Assembly: GCA_009781625.1 (NCBI GenBank)
Contig: WQVI01000001.1
Location: 1 to 53,649, forward strand
Length of the DNA: 53,649 nucleotides
Direction of reading: 5' to 3'
Source: Defluviitaleaceae bacterium
Lineage (GTDB): Bacteria > Bacillota > Clostridia > Lachnospirales > WRAX01
In this document: one piece after another, positions 42,938 through 53,117 of the stretch
Numbering within the stretch: position 1 is the first letter of the stretch
How the letters are laid out: every line of letters begins with the position of its first letter
Program-made: the position numbers and the translations under genes
The notes under the pieces: generated by a model
What the model was told of the DNA's origin: nothing
The model's input: only the letters and a program-made list of their open reading frames with translations
Database searches by the model: none

Positions 42938-43387
42938 GTCCAAAGACGCACTGCAAAGGGGGAAACCAAAATAATCGAAATATTAAAGCCGGAAGACCTG
43001 GCATCATATAAAAATCTAATTGACGAATGCTTTGGCTCAAGCAACCATCTAGACAAATACAGAAAATACAGCGAAAATCAGGCATACACCATTTTCGTCA
43101 TCAAAGACGGAGACGATGTTATCGGAAGCGTCACCCAATACACCATAGACCTTTTCACTTTTCGCTTCCAGCCTTGCCTAATGGTTTTCAACGTGGCCGT
43201 AAAGCCCAGCCATCGCGGCCAAAAAATTGCGCAAAGGCTGCTACAGCATGTTATAGAAAATGCAAAGGAAGATGGCTATGGCTCTGTTTCCTTAACCTGC
43301 CTTGACGATGCATATTCGGCACATAATCTATATGAAAACCTGGGCTTCAAAAAGGCAGGCAGCGTAAAATATGATTTGTATTTTTAA
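42926..43387 (+). CDS. GNAT family N-acetyltransferase
   Basis: VAVKPSHRGQKIAQRLLQHVIENAKEDGY and NLYENLGFKK motifs. The only canonical start is GTG 42926, inside the REP. The alternative is ATA/ATC at 42971-76, behind the SD aaggggga. Confidence 0.7.
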   Translation: MFARVQRRTAKGETKIIEILKPEDLASYKNLIDECFGSSNHLDKYRKYSENQAYTIFVIKDGDDVIGSVTQYTIDLFTFRFQPCLMVFNVAVKPSHRGQKIAQRLLQHVIENAKEDGYGSVSLTCLDDAYSAHNLYENLGFKKAGSVKYDLYF

Positions 43388-43399
43388 TGGGGGACCCTA

Positions 43400-43780
43400 A
43401 TGTTTGGCATTAATTACAAATATCTCGCGGCGGCTGTAGTCCTCTTTATAGCCATGGTTATAATCGCCTTATTTTTCCAAGGCGGCTTTTTAAGAAATCA
43501 TTTCGGCGACATTCTCGTTGTAATGTTTATTGTCTGCACCATCCGCTCCATCATAAGGCCCAGGATGAAATGGCTGTGTCTAGCAGTCTTCATCTTCGCC
43601 ACTTTGGTGGAAATTGGCCAATACTTTGATCTGGTGGGCCTTCTGGGCCTTACCGGAAATGCCCTGGCCGAGACAATTATAGGCACCACCTTCGACCCTT
43701 GGGACATTTTGATGTACGCCATAGGTTGCCTCATTATGTATGTAATTGAAAGATGCAGAGACAGGAGGTACCAAATATGA
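43400..43780 (+). CDS. DUF2809 family membrane protein
   Basis: FLRNHFGDILVVMF...LVEIGQYF...GTTFDPWDILMYAIG resembles the DUF2809 pattern. Confidence 0.6.
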   Translation: MFGINYKYLAAAVVLFIAMVIIALFFQGGFLRNHFGDILVVMFIVCTIRSIIRPRMKWLCLAVFIFATLVEIGQYFDLVGLLGLTGNALAETIIGTTFDPWDILMYAIGCLIMYVIERCRDRRYQI

Positions 43781-44520
43781 ACGACCAAAACCACATCCGC
43801 CCCTATGGCGACACGATAGACGATGGCAAGGTGCAGCTTTCCTTCACCCTGCCCGTGTCCAATGACGCAAAGGGCCGCGAGGCCGCCAAAATTATGGCCA
43901 AAAAGATGGGCATGACAGACCCCGCCGTGGCACATAGCGCAGCACTTGACGCGGGCTTTAGCTTCTATGTCGTTTACGGCTCTGTGGCCCATAGCGTGGA
44001 CTATGCCGCAATACAAGTTGCGGCCCCCGTGGCGCAAGCCATGGACATGGACGAGGTGGCGCAATACATCCGCGACCATATAGGCCGCAAGGTAGTCATT
44101 ATCGGTGCGTCAACAGGCACCGACGCGCATACCGTGGGCATCGACGCCGTCATGAACATGAAAGGCTTTGCGGGCCACTACGGCCTGGAGCGTTACGACA
44201 TGATAGAGGCCCACAATCTGGGCAGCCAGGTAAGCAACGAGGACTTTATCGCAAAGGCGGTAGAGCTTAACGCCGATGTGCTGCTGGTAAGCCAAACCGT
44301 GACGCAAAAGGATGTCCATATTGATAACCTCACCCAGCTAGTAGAGATATTGGAAGCCGAAGGTCTGCGCCACAAAATCATCTTAATTTGCGGCGGCGCC
44401 CGCATAACGGCAGAGCTGGCAAAAGAACTAGGCTACGATGCGGGCTTTGGCAAGGACAGCTATGCGAAGGATGTAGCCACCTTTGCCGTGCAGGAAATGG
44501 CGCGGCGCGGGGTGAAATAA
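43777..44520 (+). CDS. kamE: Beta-lysine/D-lysine 5,6-aminomutase beta subunit (B12-binding)
   Basis: IRPYGDTIDDGKVQLSFTLP...GASTGTDAHTVGID...LLVSQTVTQKDVH matches remembered KamE. SD is aggagg, and ATGA overlaps the previous stop. Confidence 0.9.
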   Translation: MNDQNHIRPYGDTIDDGKVQLSFTLPVSNDAKGREAAKIMAKKMGMTDPAVAHSAALDAGFSFYVVYGSVAHSVDYAAIQVAAPVAQAMDMDEVAQYIRDHIGRKVVIIGASTGTDAHTVGIDAVMNMKGFAGHYGLERYDMIEAHNLGSQVSNEDFIAKAVELNADVLLVSQTVTQKDVHIDNLTQLVEILEAEGLRHKIILICGGARITAELAKELGYDAGFGKDSYAKDVATFAVQEMARRGVK

Positions 44521-44527
44521 TACAAAA

Positions 44528-44549
44528 ATGCCGCCTAGCTTGGCGGCAT
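44528..44549. terminator. Bidirectional terminator between kamE and the convergent thioesterase gene
   Basis: atgccgcc-tagctt-ggcggcat, flanked by an A-run and a T-run. Confidence 0.75.
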
Positions 44550-44552
44550 CTT

Positions 44553-45353
44553 TTATGTTTTCTTCCATATAGTGTAAATTTCTGTAGCCACTAACCCGTC
44601 CTTTTCAATAACGGCGAAAATTTCAACTTCCTCGTCGCGCTGACGCTGAAAGAGCTTTATTTCAAGCTTGTCTCCCAGCAGGGTTTCTTTTTTGTATGCC
44701 ACTTTTAGGGATTTTGCGCGATAGTTGTGGTAAATATCTTCAGGAATGTAGCAATACATCCATTCCAGATATTTTACATTGTTAACATGATTGTTAGTGT
44801 CAATATCTCGGCGGGTGGTGGTATATTCGTGGATGGACAGTGGCGCAAAATCATCATGCTTAGGCAGTGAAAAGTCCTTTTCCAACAGAAATGGAAAGTT
44901 TTCGCCGTATTTACTGCTGATATATTCGTTTGACCGTACAGGCGCTTGGTTTGTGCGGTCCAGTAATATCCAATTAGAATTGGCCGAAAGAAGGGTTTTG
45001 CCTTGGGCGCTCACGGCCTCAAAGCCGCGCTCTCCAAAATAGCCTTTAAAACGCACAGGCCATGTTGATATGTTAATTTCATCGCCTACCTTGGGATAGT
45101 TGAAGGCTTCCACTTGCCAGTGGGTTAACACCCACACCCAGTTCATTTCGTCGTAATAGTCAAAGGCACCGGGGATGGAAGATGTATGAAACATCGAAGC
45201 TTCTTGTACAAGTGCCATAAAACCCGGCAATGCCAGCGTTTTGTCAGGTAAAAGGCCGCTAAAGCCTATGCGATAATCCACATTAAATTTATTCGGATTC
45301 AGATTTTGATTTTTCGGATTTTCCATTTTCGCCCACCCGCTTTCTGTAGACAT
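44553..45353 (-). CDS. Acyl-ACP thioesterase
   Basis: Double-hotdog pattern with WVWVLTHWQVEAF...INISTWP...DTNNHVNNVKYLEWM. The start may be ATG 45326. Confidence 0.75.
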   Translation of the reverse strand: MSTESGWAKMENPKNQNLNPNKFNVDYRIGFSGLLPDKTLALPGFMALVQEASMFHTSSIPGAFDYYDEMNWVWVLTHWQVEAFNYPKVGDEINISTWPVRFKGYFGERGFEAVSAQGKTLLSANSNWILLDRTNQAPVRSNEYISSKYGENFPFLLEKDFSLPKHDDFAPLSIHEYTTTRRDIDTNNHVNNVKYLEWMYCYIPEDIYHNYRAKSLKVAYKKETLLGDKLEIKLFQRQRDEEVEIFAVIEKDGLVATEIYTIWKKT

Positions 45354-46377
45354 AAATTATTGACATTGTAACAAACAGCAGCGTAAGGCCTATCACGAGG
45401 GCCGTTATGTCCCGCAGGGCTATGATAAGAGCCACGCCGCCTGCGATAATACTGACGACGTAAAGGATTATCACCGTCTGTTTCGTAGAAAGGCCCGCAT
45501 CAATAAGCTTGTGATGCAAATGCCCTCTATCTGCCGCCATAGGCGACTTTCCGCTTAACATCCGTCTTACCACCACAAAGGCCGTGTCCAAAATAGGCAG
45601 GGCAACGGCAAAGCCCACAATGGCCACGCTTAGCAGCGCGTAGCTTTTAAACACGCCAATGATGGACGACACCGCCAGCACATACCCAAGGAAGGTGGCC
45701 CCTGTGTCCCCCATTATAACGTCGGCAGGGCTGAAATTGCGCGGCAAAAAGCCAAGACAGCTGCCCGCCAGCGTGGCCGCAAACACCACGGCAAGAGGGC
45801 TGCCCGTCATTATGCAAAGGATGGTTAAAAACAGGGCCGCGATAGACGAAACCCCTGCCGCCAGGCCATCCACGCCGTCAATAAAATTTACGGCGTTTAC
45901 GATGCCTACAATCCAGATAATAGTAATTGGTACAGACAGTGTCGTAAGCACTTCTTGGAAGGGCCAGCCGATAAATTCTATGCGTGTGCCTGTGAAGACA
46001 ACTACCAGCGCAGCTATAATTTGTACTGCCAGCTTTAGCTTGGCGTTTAAATCGTAAATATCATCCAGCATACCAAGGCCCACGATGATGAAGGCACCCA
46101 CAGCAAAGCCCGCAAATTGCAGGGTGCGCATATCGTCCATGAAGATAGCCGCAATGGCCATGGTTGCCATAAAGCCCAGCACAATGGCAATGCCGCCCAT
46201 GCGCGGTATGGGCTTTTTGTGCATCCCCCGCGGTTTTGGCTTGTCTATCGCCCCAAGCTTTATGCTCACTTTTCTTGCCCAAGGCGTCAAAACCAGGCAA
46301 ATGCCAAAGGATGCCGCAAATGTCATTATGTACAACAGCCAATCATGGGCAATATATTCGCCATTATAATACATCAC
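45289..46377 (-). CDS. Glycosyltransferase family 4 (MraY/WecA/TagO-like undecaprenyl-phosphate sugar-1-phosphate transferase)
   Basis: Multi-pass membrane protein with DDIYDL, NAVNFIDGVDGLAAG and GDTGATFLG. Confidence 0.85.
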   Translation of the reverse strand: MMYYNGEYIAHDWLLYIMTFAASFGICLVLTPWARKVSIKLGAIDKPKPRGMHKKPIPRMGGIAIVLGFMATMAIAAIFMDDMRTLQFAGFAVGAFIIVGLGMLDDIYDLNAKLKLAVQIIAALVVVFTGTRIEFIGWPFQEVLTTLSVPITIIWIVGIVNAVNFIDGVDGLAAGVSSIAALFLTILCIMTGSPLAVVFAATLAGSCLGFLPRNFSPADVIMGDTGATFLGYVLAVSSIIGVFKSYALLSVAIVGFAVALPILDTAFVVVRRMLSGKSPMAADRGHLHHKLIDAGLSTKQTVIILYVVSIIAGGVALIIALRDITALVIGLTLLFVTMSIIYVYRKRVGENGKSEKSKSESE

Positions 46378-46436
46378 TTTTCCTCGATTCTATGGGTCCA
46401 TACGCTTCAATAGCCTACGGACATAGTTAAATAGCA

Positions 46437-46865
46437 CTAATTATCTATCATGCTAATGCGCCTTGCGTGCCTCTCCTCGTGGGAAAAGCCCGTATCAAGC
46501 CAGGCATCCACAATTTCACAGGCCAGGCCCTTGCCTATAACCCTTCCGCCCATGGCAAGCATATTGGCATCGTTATGCAGCCTTGTGCTTTTGGCAGAAA
46601 AAACATCATGGCAAAGGGCGCATCTTATGCCGTTAAAGCGGTTTGCGGCAATGGAAATGCCAATGCCGGTGCCGCATATAACAATGCCTTTTTCACATTC
46701 GCCCGAGAGGATGACCTTTGCAACCATTTGGGCGTAGACGGGATAGTCGCAGGGGGCATCGCTGCCCACGCCAAAATCTTTATACGCAACGCCTCTTTGG
46801 CTTAAATGCGCCTTTATGGCTTGCATAAGCTCAAAGCCTGCGCCGTCACATCCCAATGCAATCAT
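46437..46865 (-). CDS. rpiB: Ribose-5-phosphate isomerase B
   Basis: MIALGCDGAGFELM...ICGTGIGISIAANR...HNDANMLAMGGRVIG. ATGA overlap with the upstream gene. Confidence 0.92.
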   Translation of the reverse strand: MIALGCDGAGFELMQAIKAHLSQRGVAYKDFGVGSDAPCDYPVYAQMVAKVILSGECEKGIVICGTGIGISIAANRFNGIRCALCHDVFSAKSTRLHNDANMLAMGGRVIGKGLACEIVDAWLDTGFSHEERHARRISMIDN

Positions 46866-47320
46866 AGATAGTCCTCCCATTTCAAGCTTTCAATGCACTG
46901 TTTTAGCTGTCCTGCGCAGTTTTTATACACGTCAATATCGCCGCTGAAAGGGTCTTCGATATCGCGGCCAGTGGCGCAAATATCCTTCATGGCGTAAATT
47001 TTGTCCGTAAATTCAGGATAAATGGTGCAAAGATGGCTTTTGTGGCCTGTTGTCATTGTCATGATAACATATGCATCCGCCAGGGTTGCTTCATCCGTCA
47101 TTTTGGCAATATGCCCTGAAATATCAATGCCATAGCAATTTTTCAAAGCCGTTAAAGCATTTTTTGATGCCTTTGTACCATCCGTAGCAAAAATGCCGCA
47201 CGAAGAAGCCTTTGCAGCCACAATGCCGCGTCTTTCAAACATTTTATTAGCCAATGCCGCCGCCATAGGGCTTCGGCATGTGTTGCCTGTACAAACAAAA
47301 AGCACATTTTTCATAATCAT
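46862..47320 (-). CDS. ywlE: Low-molecular-weight protein phosphatase (YwlE-like arginine/tyrosine phosphatase)
   Basis: VLFVCTGNTCRSPMAAAL (CX5R(S/T) P-loop), DPF near the C-terminus, and tsaC-ywlE-rpiB synteny as in Bacillus. Confidence 0.85.
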   Translation of the reverse strand: MIMKNVLFVCTGNTCRSPMAAALANKMFERRGIVAAKASSCGIFATDGTKASKNALTALKNCYGIDISGHIAKMTDEATLADAYVIMTMTTGHKSHLCTIYPEFTDKIYAMKDICATGRDIEDPFSGDIDVYKNCAGQLKQCIESLKWEDYL

Positions 47321-48327
47321 ACCTTCAATATATTGTAAGATGCCGCTTTTTTCAAGCGGTTCATTATAGCCACGCCAAGGCCCTCTTCGGCAACGCCTTC
47401 CACAAAAACCTCTTCCAGCCCCATTTCATCGCAAAGTCGCAGCATATCAAACAAATTTGCAGCAATGGCTTCGTGGCTGTCACCCATTATCAAAACATTT
47501 TTATGCTTGTAATAGTAAGCCGATTCTGCCGTTGCCATAATTCCAATCTTTTCGGTATCCGTTGCCAGACTTTGTATCTTTGCCCTCACCTTCTCGGCTT
47601 CGCCAACCACAACGGTCAGCTTTGCTTCGGGCGCATAATGGCGATACTTCATCCCGGGGGATTTCGGTGCTTCATCCTTTGCAGCTTCCGTCGCCATGCC
47701 GACAGGGCCGATAAGCCCCTCTATCATTTCGCGTGTAACAGACCCGGGGCGCAAAATAACGGGCGCACCATCTCCGGAGCAGTCAATTACAGTGGACTCC
47801 AGCCCCACTTCGCAAGGCCCGCCATCCAAAATCATATCAATTTTGCCGCTTAAATCCCTCAGCACATGTCCCGCGGTGGTGGGGCTTGGCCGCCCCGAAA
47901 GGTTGGCGCTGGGGGCCGCTATGGGCGTTTTAGCAAGGTCTATCAGCCTTAAAGCAATAGGGTTTTTTGGCATACGCACAGCTACAGTGTCAAGAAATGT
48001 TCCACGTGGAACATTTTTCCTCTGCAAAATTACGGTAAGGGGCCCCGGCCAAAAGGTTTGTATTAGTTTTTCGGCCATTGGCGGCACGTTTTTTGCGATG
48101 CTATCCAGCATCGCCACATCAGAAATATGCATTATCAGCGGATTGTCCGAAGGGCGGCCCTTTACGGCATAGACCTTGGCACAGGCGGCTTCGTCAAGGG
48201 CATTTGCGCCCAGGCCGTAAACTGTTTCCGTAGGAAGGGCCACAAGGCCGCCGTTTTTGATGATATCTGCCGCTTCCGCCATAGCCGCATCATTTAACGA
48301 TAAAATGCGCGCTACAATGGTTTTCAT
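47317..48327 (-). CDS. tsaC: L-threonylcarbamoyladenylate synthase (Sua5/YwlC/TsaC)
   Basis: [25 protein letters not shown] and a C-terminal Sua5 domain. The start is taken at the ATGA overlap with the upstream gene. Confidence 0.9.
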   Translation of the reverse strand: MKTIVARILSLNDAAMAEAADIIKNGGLVALPTETVYGLGANALDEAACAKVYAVKGRPSDNPLIMHISDVAMLDSIAKNVPPMAEKLIQTFWPGPLTVILQRKNVPRGTFLDTVAVRMPKNPIALRLIDLAKTPIAAPSANLSGRPSPTTAGHVLRDLSGKIDMILDGGPCEVGLESTVIDCSGDGAPVILRPGSVTREMIEGLIGPVGMATEAAKDEAPKSPGMKYRHYAPEAKLTVVVGEAEKVRAKIQSLATDTEKIGIMATAESAYYYKHKNVLIMGDSHEAIAANLFDMLRLCDEMGLEEVFVEGVAEEGLGVAIMNRLKKAASYNILKV

Positions 48328-48827
48328 GCCGCCCCGCCGCAGCATTTTTTGTATTTTTTGCCGCTGCTGCATGGGCAGGGATCGTTACGGCCTATTTTTT
48401 CGCCTTCGCGCACCACGGTTGTAGCAGATTTTTGCTCTTTATACATTTTTTCGCGCTCTTCAGCAGAAAACACATTATCCCACTGGGGCAAGGCCAGAAG
48501 GTGCTTTGCATTATATTCTACCATTTTTTTGTACAGCGTTTCAAAATCTACTTTCGCGTCAATTTGGGTCTCTTCTGTAAGTTCATTCATTTCAAGCTCA
48601 ATGTCCAATGCACCAGAAATGCCGTCCAAAAAGCCTACTGCGGATTCTATTAGCACATCATATCGTGCGGCAATTTCAGCCACCGTGCCCGAAATTTCGG
48701 TGTTTTTTGTGGATAGCATGTCCTCGTAAATTTTTTGCTCTAAGGGCATATGCGTTTCCCAATATTTTTTTATCGTATTGCCCTGGGCGTCATAGGCGCG
48801 CCTTATCCAATTTTCGTATATCGTCAT
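48324..48827 (-). CDS. SEC-C motif domain protein
   Basis: C-terminal [19 protein letters not shown]. Confidence 0.7.
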   Translation of the reverse strand: MTIYENWIRRAYDAQGNTIKKYWETHMPLEQKIYEDMLSTKNTEISGTVAEIAARYDVLIESAVGFLDGISGALDIELEMNELTEETQIDAKVDFETLYKKMVEYNAKHLLALPQWDNVFSAEEREKMYKEQKSATTVVREGEKIGRNDPCPCSSGKKYKKCCGGAA

Positions 48828-48906
48828 AATTCCTCCATTTTTTACAATGCCTGTTGTTATATTTACATTTATTTTACATGAAAAGTATCTCCTTGTCCAT
48901 ATTTTT

Positions 48907-50391
48907 TTAAAGCAGCGGCGATAACAGCCGCGAAAAAGCCTCTTTCACTTTTTGCCACCAGCTTCGGTTTTGATAGGCCTCTATGGTAATTTCCGCGCTG
49001 TCTTTTAGGTCTTTGTAAAATTGTTCCAAGAAGAGGTTCGTCAGTTTATAGTCGTAGATAAAGGCGTTTATTTCAAAATTAAGTTTGAAGCTTCGTATGT
49101 CCATGTTGGTTGTGCCGACGGATGTTACAAGGTCATCAATTATCAGCATCTTGGAATGTATAAAGCCTTCGGTGTATTCATAGCACTTTACGCCGGCCTT
49201 TAGAAGTTCGCCCAGATAGGAAAGGGAGCACCATTTGACAAAGGGATGGTCGGGATGTGCAGGGATGACAATGCGCACATCTATGCCCGAAAGGGCCGCA
49301 ATTTTAAGGCTTTCAAAGATATTATCATCGGGGGCAAAATATGGGGTTTGGATGTAAATTCTCTCATTGGCCTCGGATATCATCTTGGACAGGCCATTGT
49401 AGATGTTGGGCCATTTTGTATCAGGGCCGCCTGACACAATTTGCATAAGGCAGCCATCATTGGATGGGGCCTCAATTACCGGAAAATATTTATCTCCAGC
49501 CTCTATTTTGCGCTTGGGGTCTATAAAATTCCAATCCATGATAAAATGCAGGCCCAGTTCTTTCGCGGCATCGCCGTATATGCGTATATGCAGGTCGCGC
49601 CATGGGCCAAAACGTGCAACTTCGCCCATATATTCGTCCCCTATGTTAAAGCCGCCTATATAGCCTATCGCGCCGTCAATTACACAAAGCTTACGATGGT
49701 TTTGGAAATTTGCGCGAAATAAGCGCAACCGCAAAAAAATGCCCAACTGGCCGCCGGCCTGGATGAGGGGCTTAAAAATGCGCTTTGGCGTCCTAAAATT
49801 GCCCATGCCATCCAAAAGCAGCTTCACTTCAACGCCTTCGGCGGCCTTTTCGGCCAATGCCGCTATAATTTTGCGGCCTAAATTGTCATTGCGAAAAATG
49901 TAATATTGTATGTGTATAAAGCTTTTGGCCTTTTTGATGTCATCAAAAAGGCGAGAAAACTTCGTCTCGCCATCTACCATAATGTCCACTTGATTGTTTT
50001 GTGTGAGATATCCGCCGCCTGAGGCGAAATTTAGATAAAGCAAATCTGAAATATGTTTTTCGTGCAAAACCTCTTTGAAATTGGCCACATACCTGTCTTT
50101 ATCCGGTGTACGCATGAAGGCCAGGCCGGCAATATTTTGGTTTTCTATATCTTGCAGCATGGCTTGGTTTTGATTGTATTTGTTTGCAAATATACGAAAT
50201 TTTCTGCCTTCCAGGCCTACTAGCAAATACAGGATAAAGCCGAGATAGGGCACAAGGAAAATAACCATCAGCCATGCCCATGTAACGGCAGGGCTGCGCC
50301 TTTCGGAGAAAATTACGGTGGCAGCAAAAAGTATGTTAACAAAAGGAAGGATTTGCATCATAAATGATATTATTTGTGAGAAAGTGGCCAT
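48907..50391 (-). CDS. cls: Cardiolipin synthase
   Basis: Two HKD motifs ([18 protein letters not shown]) and N-terminal TM helices. Start at ATG 50391 behind aaaggagg. The longer ORF extension only reads through REP hairpins. Confidence 0.9.
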   Translation of the reverse strand: MATFSQIISFMMQILPFVNILFAATVIFSERRSPAVTWAWLMVIFLVPYLGFILYLLVGLEGRKFRIFANKYNQNQAMLQDIENQNIAGLAFMRTPDKDRYVANFKEVLHEKHISDLLYLNFASGGGYLTQNNQVDIMVDGETKFSRLFDDIKKAKSFIHIQYYIFRNDNLGRKIIAALAEKAAEGVEVKLLLDGMGNFRTPKRIFKPLIQAGGQLGIFLRLRLFRANFQNHRKLCVIDGAIGYIGGFNIGDEYMGEVARFGPWRDLHIRIYGDAAKELGLHFIMDWNFIDPKRKIEAGDKYFPVIEAPSNDGCLMQIVSGGPDTKWPNIYNGLSKMISEANERIYIQTPYFAPDDNIFESLKIAALSGIDVRIVIPAHPDHPFVKWCSLSYLGELLKAGVKCYEYTEGFIHSKMLIIDDLVTSVGTTNMDIRSFKLNFEINAFIYDYKLTNLFLEQFYKDLKDSAEITIEAYQNRSWWQKVKEAFSRLLSPLL

Positions 50392-50411
50392 TTGATGCCT
50401 CCTTTGGCTTA

Positions 50412-50510
50412 ACGGGCGGCAAAATGCCGCCCCTACTACGAACTTTTGCATCTCCTTGCAGGGCAAGGTTTTATCGGGACGGCTTGTAGGGGCGGCATTT
50501 TGCCGCCCGT
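50412..50510. repeat. Convergent REP type-2 doublet (50412-50436 inverted, 50486-50510 forward)
   Basis: acgggcggcaaaatgccgcccctac and gtaggggcggcattttgccgcccgt are exact reverse complements of each other. Confidence 0.85.
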
Positions 50511-50512
50511 AG

Positions 50513-51292
50513 CTAAAGCGCAACGATCTGCGCATCACATGGCTTGCCCAAAACAATATACGATATCTTATCAAATTTGTCCTTATTGCCGCTTACGTAA
50601 AATTCATGCTGGGGGTTTGCCTCTCCTGTTCCGGTCATGGTTTTCGCTACATTTTCCGCCAGTTTCGCCGCAGGGTCAATAATCTTAATATCCGCAGGTA
50701 TGGCAGCTTTTATGCTGTTTATCAGTAGCGGGTAATGGGTGCAGCCCAAAATGAGGGTGTCAATTTTATGGTCTGCAAAGTCTGCTAAATAAATCTTTGC
50801 TGCCGCATTTGCTACATCGTTGTCAAGCCAGCCTTCTTCAACCAGAGGCACAAAAAGCGGGCAGGCCACTGCCTTCACCGCAGCATCCGGCCGCCTTGCT
50901 TTTATGGCCTTTTCATGGGCGCGGCCAGCCACGGTGCCTGCCGTAGCCACAAGGCCTATGCGCCCCGTTTCCGTAGTTGAAAGTGCCGCCTCAACGGCCG
51001 CCTCAACCATGCCAAAAATGGGTATATCCACCATTTTGCGCACATCGTCAAAAACAGTGGCGCTGATGGTGCCGCAAGCCACCACAAGGGCTCCGATGTC
51101 TTTGCTAAGCAAAAAATCTATTATCTCTCTGGAAAATTCTATCAGTTCCTCGGGCCGCCTGTCGCCGTAAGGCGCGCGCAGACTGTCACCAAAGTATATT
51201 AGCTTGCACGAAGAGGCAGCACGCATAATTTGTCGTGCCACTGTAAGGCCGCCTACGCCGGAATCGAAAATACCAATGGGCTTATTGTTCAT
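50513..51292 (-). CDS. murI: Glutamate racemase
   Basis: IGIFDSGVGGLTV, VVACGTIS and LGCTHYP. Confidence 0.95.
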   Translation of the reverse strand: MNNKPIGIFDSGVGGLTVARQIMRAASSCKLIYFGDSLRAPYGDRRPEELIEFSREIIDFLLSKDIGALVVACGTISATVFDDVRKMVDIPIFGMVEAAVEAALSTTETGRIGLVATAGTVAGRAHEKAIKARRPDAAVKAVACPLFVPLVEEGWLDNDVANAAAKIYLADFADHKIDTLILGCTHYPLLINSIKAAIPADIKIIDPAAKLAENVAKTMTGTGEANPQHEFYVSGNKDKFDKISYIVLGKPCDAQIVAL

Positions 51293-52352
51293 TTTGCTGC
51301 TCCGTTGCTAGTTCTATTAGCTTATCAACCAATTGTGCGTCTGTCATGCCCGCTTCGCGCCAAAGCATAGGAAACATGGATATATTTGTAAAGCCGGGCA
51401 TGGTGTTAATTTCGTTAAAGATAACATCTTCGTCGTTTACAAAAAAGTCCACACGGGCAAGGCCGCGGCAGCCGGCAGTGCGGTAGATAGCAAGGGACTG
51501 CTCTCTAATCTGTTCGACAACATGGGTTGGCAAGTTTGCCGGGACAATGGTGCGCGATGTGTTGCTTGTGTATTTTGCGTCGTAGCAGTAAAATTCGGTT
51601 TCGTAGGTTATTTCGCCCACGCCGGAAGCTTGCGACGTTTCATTGCCCAGCACAGCACATTCAATTTCACGCCCCGCCATCATTTGTTCCACAATAATGC
51701 TGTCATCATGCTTCGCTGCCTCGGCCAATGCCAAAGCCAGTTCTTTTTTGTTGCGCGCCTTGCTAATACCTACAGAAGAGCCCGTGGAAGCGGGCTTTAC
51801 AAAGCATGGATATTTAAGTTCGTATCTAATTTTCTTTGCAATTTCATCAATATTATTGTCCAAATCTTTTTTATCAAAAACCAGATAGCGGGCCTGTTTT
51901 AAGCCAATTTTTTCGGCCAGCATGTTTGTGTGTATTTTGTCCATGCAAATGGCGCTGGCGGCCACACCGCTGCCCACATAGGGTATACGTGCAAGCTCTA
52001 GCAAGCCCTGTATCGTGCCATCTTCGCCGTTTCTGCCGTGCAGCACAGGAAAAACCACATCCACATGCAATATGCGAAACTTGTCACCAACAAGGCGCAA
52101 AATGCCCCGGTGGGCGGCGTCGGGGCTTAGCACCACGGGTGTTGCAAATTTTTCCCATTGCAGGTTTTTTATATTTTCTTTCGCACCATCATACAAAAAC
52201 CAACGCCCATCTTTTGTGATATAAATGGGCAGGATGAAGTATTTGTCTTCATCCATCGCGGCAATAATGTTTGCGGCAGAAAGCTTGGAAACTTCATGCT
52301 CGCCTGAAACCCCACCAAATAGCACGGCAATAACTTTTTTATCCATCAACAA
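51282..52352 (-). CDS. ddl: D-alanine--D-alanine ligase
   Basis: IAVLFGGVSGEHEVS, FPVLHGRNGEDGTIQGLLE and an ATP-grasp C-terminus EINTMPGFT. Confidence 0.95.
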   Translation of the reverse strand: MLMDKKVIAVLFGGVSGEHEVSKLSAANIIAAMDEDKYFILPIYITKDGRWFLYDGAKENIKNLQWEKFATPVVLSPDAAHRGILRLVGDKFRILHVDVVFPVLHGRNGEDGTIQGLLELARIPYVGSGVAASAICMDKIHTNMLAEKIGLKQARYLVFDKKDLDNNIDEIAKKIRYELKYPCFVKPASTGSSVGISKARNKKELALALAEAAKHDDSIIVEQMMAGREIECAVLGNETSQASGVGEITYETEFYCYDAKYTSNTSRTIVPANLPTHVVEQIREQSLAIYRTAGCRGLARVDFFVNDEDVIFNEINTMPGFTNISMFPMLWREAGMTDAQLVDKLIELATEQQNEQ

Positions 52353-52394
52353 GTCCTCACTTTGTTATATCGCTAATCCAATATATGCGGCACA

Positions 52395-53117
52395 CTAATC
52401 CTTTGAAAGTAGATTAACAATAATATTCATCTCTTTTTCATCAAGCCTGCGAAACTGGCCGGGTGCTAGGCTTGCATCCAAATTTATGCCCGCAAATGCA
52501 ACCCGCTTCAAAGAAAGCACAGAGCCGCCCAACGCCTCAAACATGCGCTTTACTTGATGAAACTTGCCTTCTTTGATAATTACCTTCGCCTCTTTTTCGC
52601 TTAAAATTTCAAGGTTTGCGGGCATAGTTTTGTAGCCATCATCTAAAGTGATACCATTTTCAAAAGCCTTTACGTCTTTTTCGCCAAGCTCTCTGTCCAC
52701 CTGCGCAATATACACCTTTTCAACATGCTTTTTAGGCGATAGGGCCCTATGGGCAAAGCCGCCGTCATTTGAAAGGATGATAAGGCCTGTGGTGTCCTTG
52801 TCCAGCCGTCCAACGGGAAAAAGGTCGTGCCATTGGTGCTTTTCGTCCAAAAGGTCGCAAACGGTCTGCTCTTCCTCGTCGTAGCTGGCAGAAATTACAC
52901 CTTCGGGCTTGTTCATCATCACATACACATATTTTTCGTATTCTATAAGTACATCTCCCACATAAATTGCAGAAGTTTCAGGGTTTACGCGCATTTGCGG
53001 GTCTGTAACCACTTCGCCGTCAACAAACACAACCTTCTGCTTCAATATGGCCTTAACCTCTTTGCGGCTGCCAAAGCCAGATTGGGAAACAAGCTTGTCT
53101 ATCCTCATCATGGGCAT
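52395..53117 (-). CDS. Pseudouridine synthase, RsuA/RluB family, with an S4 domain
   Basis: MRIDKLVSQSGFGSRKEVK (S4) and GRLDKDTTGLIILSNDG (catalytic Asp motif). Confidence 0.88.
   Translation of the reverse strand: MPMMRIDKLVSQSGFGSRKEVKAILKQKVVFVDGEVVTDPQMRVNPETSAIYVGDVLIEYEKYVYVMMNKPEGVISASYDEEEQTVCDLLDEKHQWHDLFPVGRLDKDTTGLIILSNDGGFAHRALSPKKHVEKVYIAQVDRELGEKDVKAFENGITLDDGYKTMPANLEILSEKEAKVIIKEGKFHQVKRMFEALGGSVLSLKRVAFAGINLDASLAPGQFRRLDEKEMNIIVNLLSKD

Noticed and set aside
50392-50574. The long N-terminal extension of the cls ORF in the supplied track (start 50574).
   Set aside because: The extension only reads through two REP hairpins. A strong SD (aaaggagg) precedes ATG 50391, which gives a normal Cls N-terminal TM segment.
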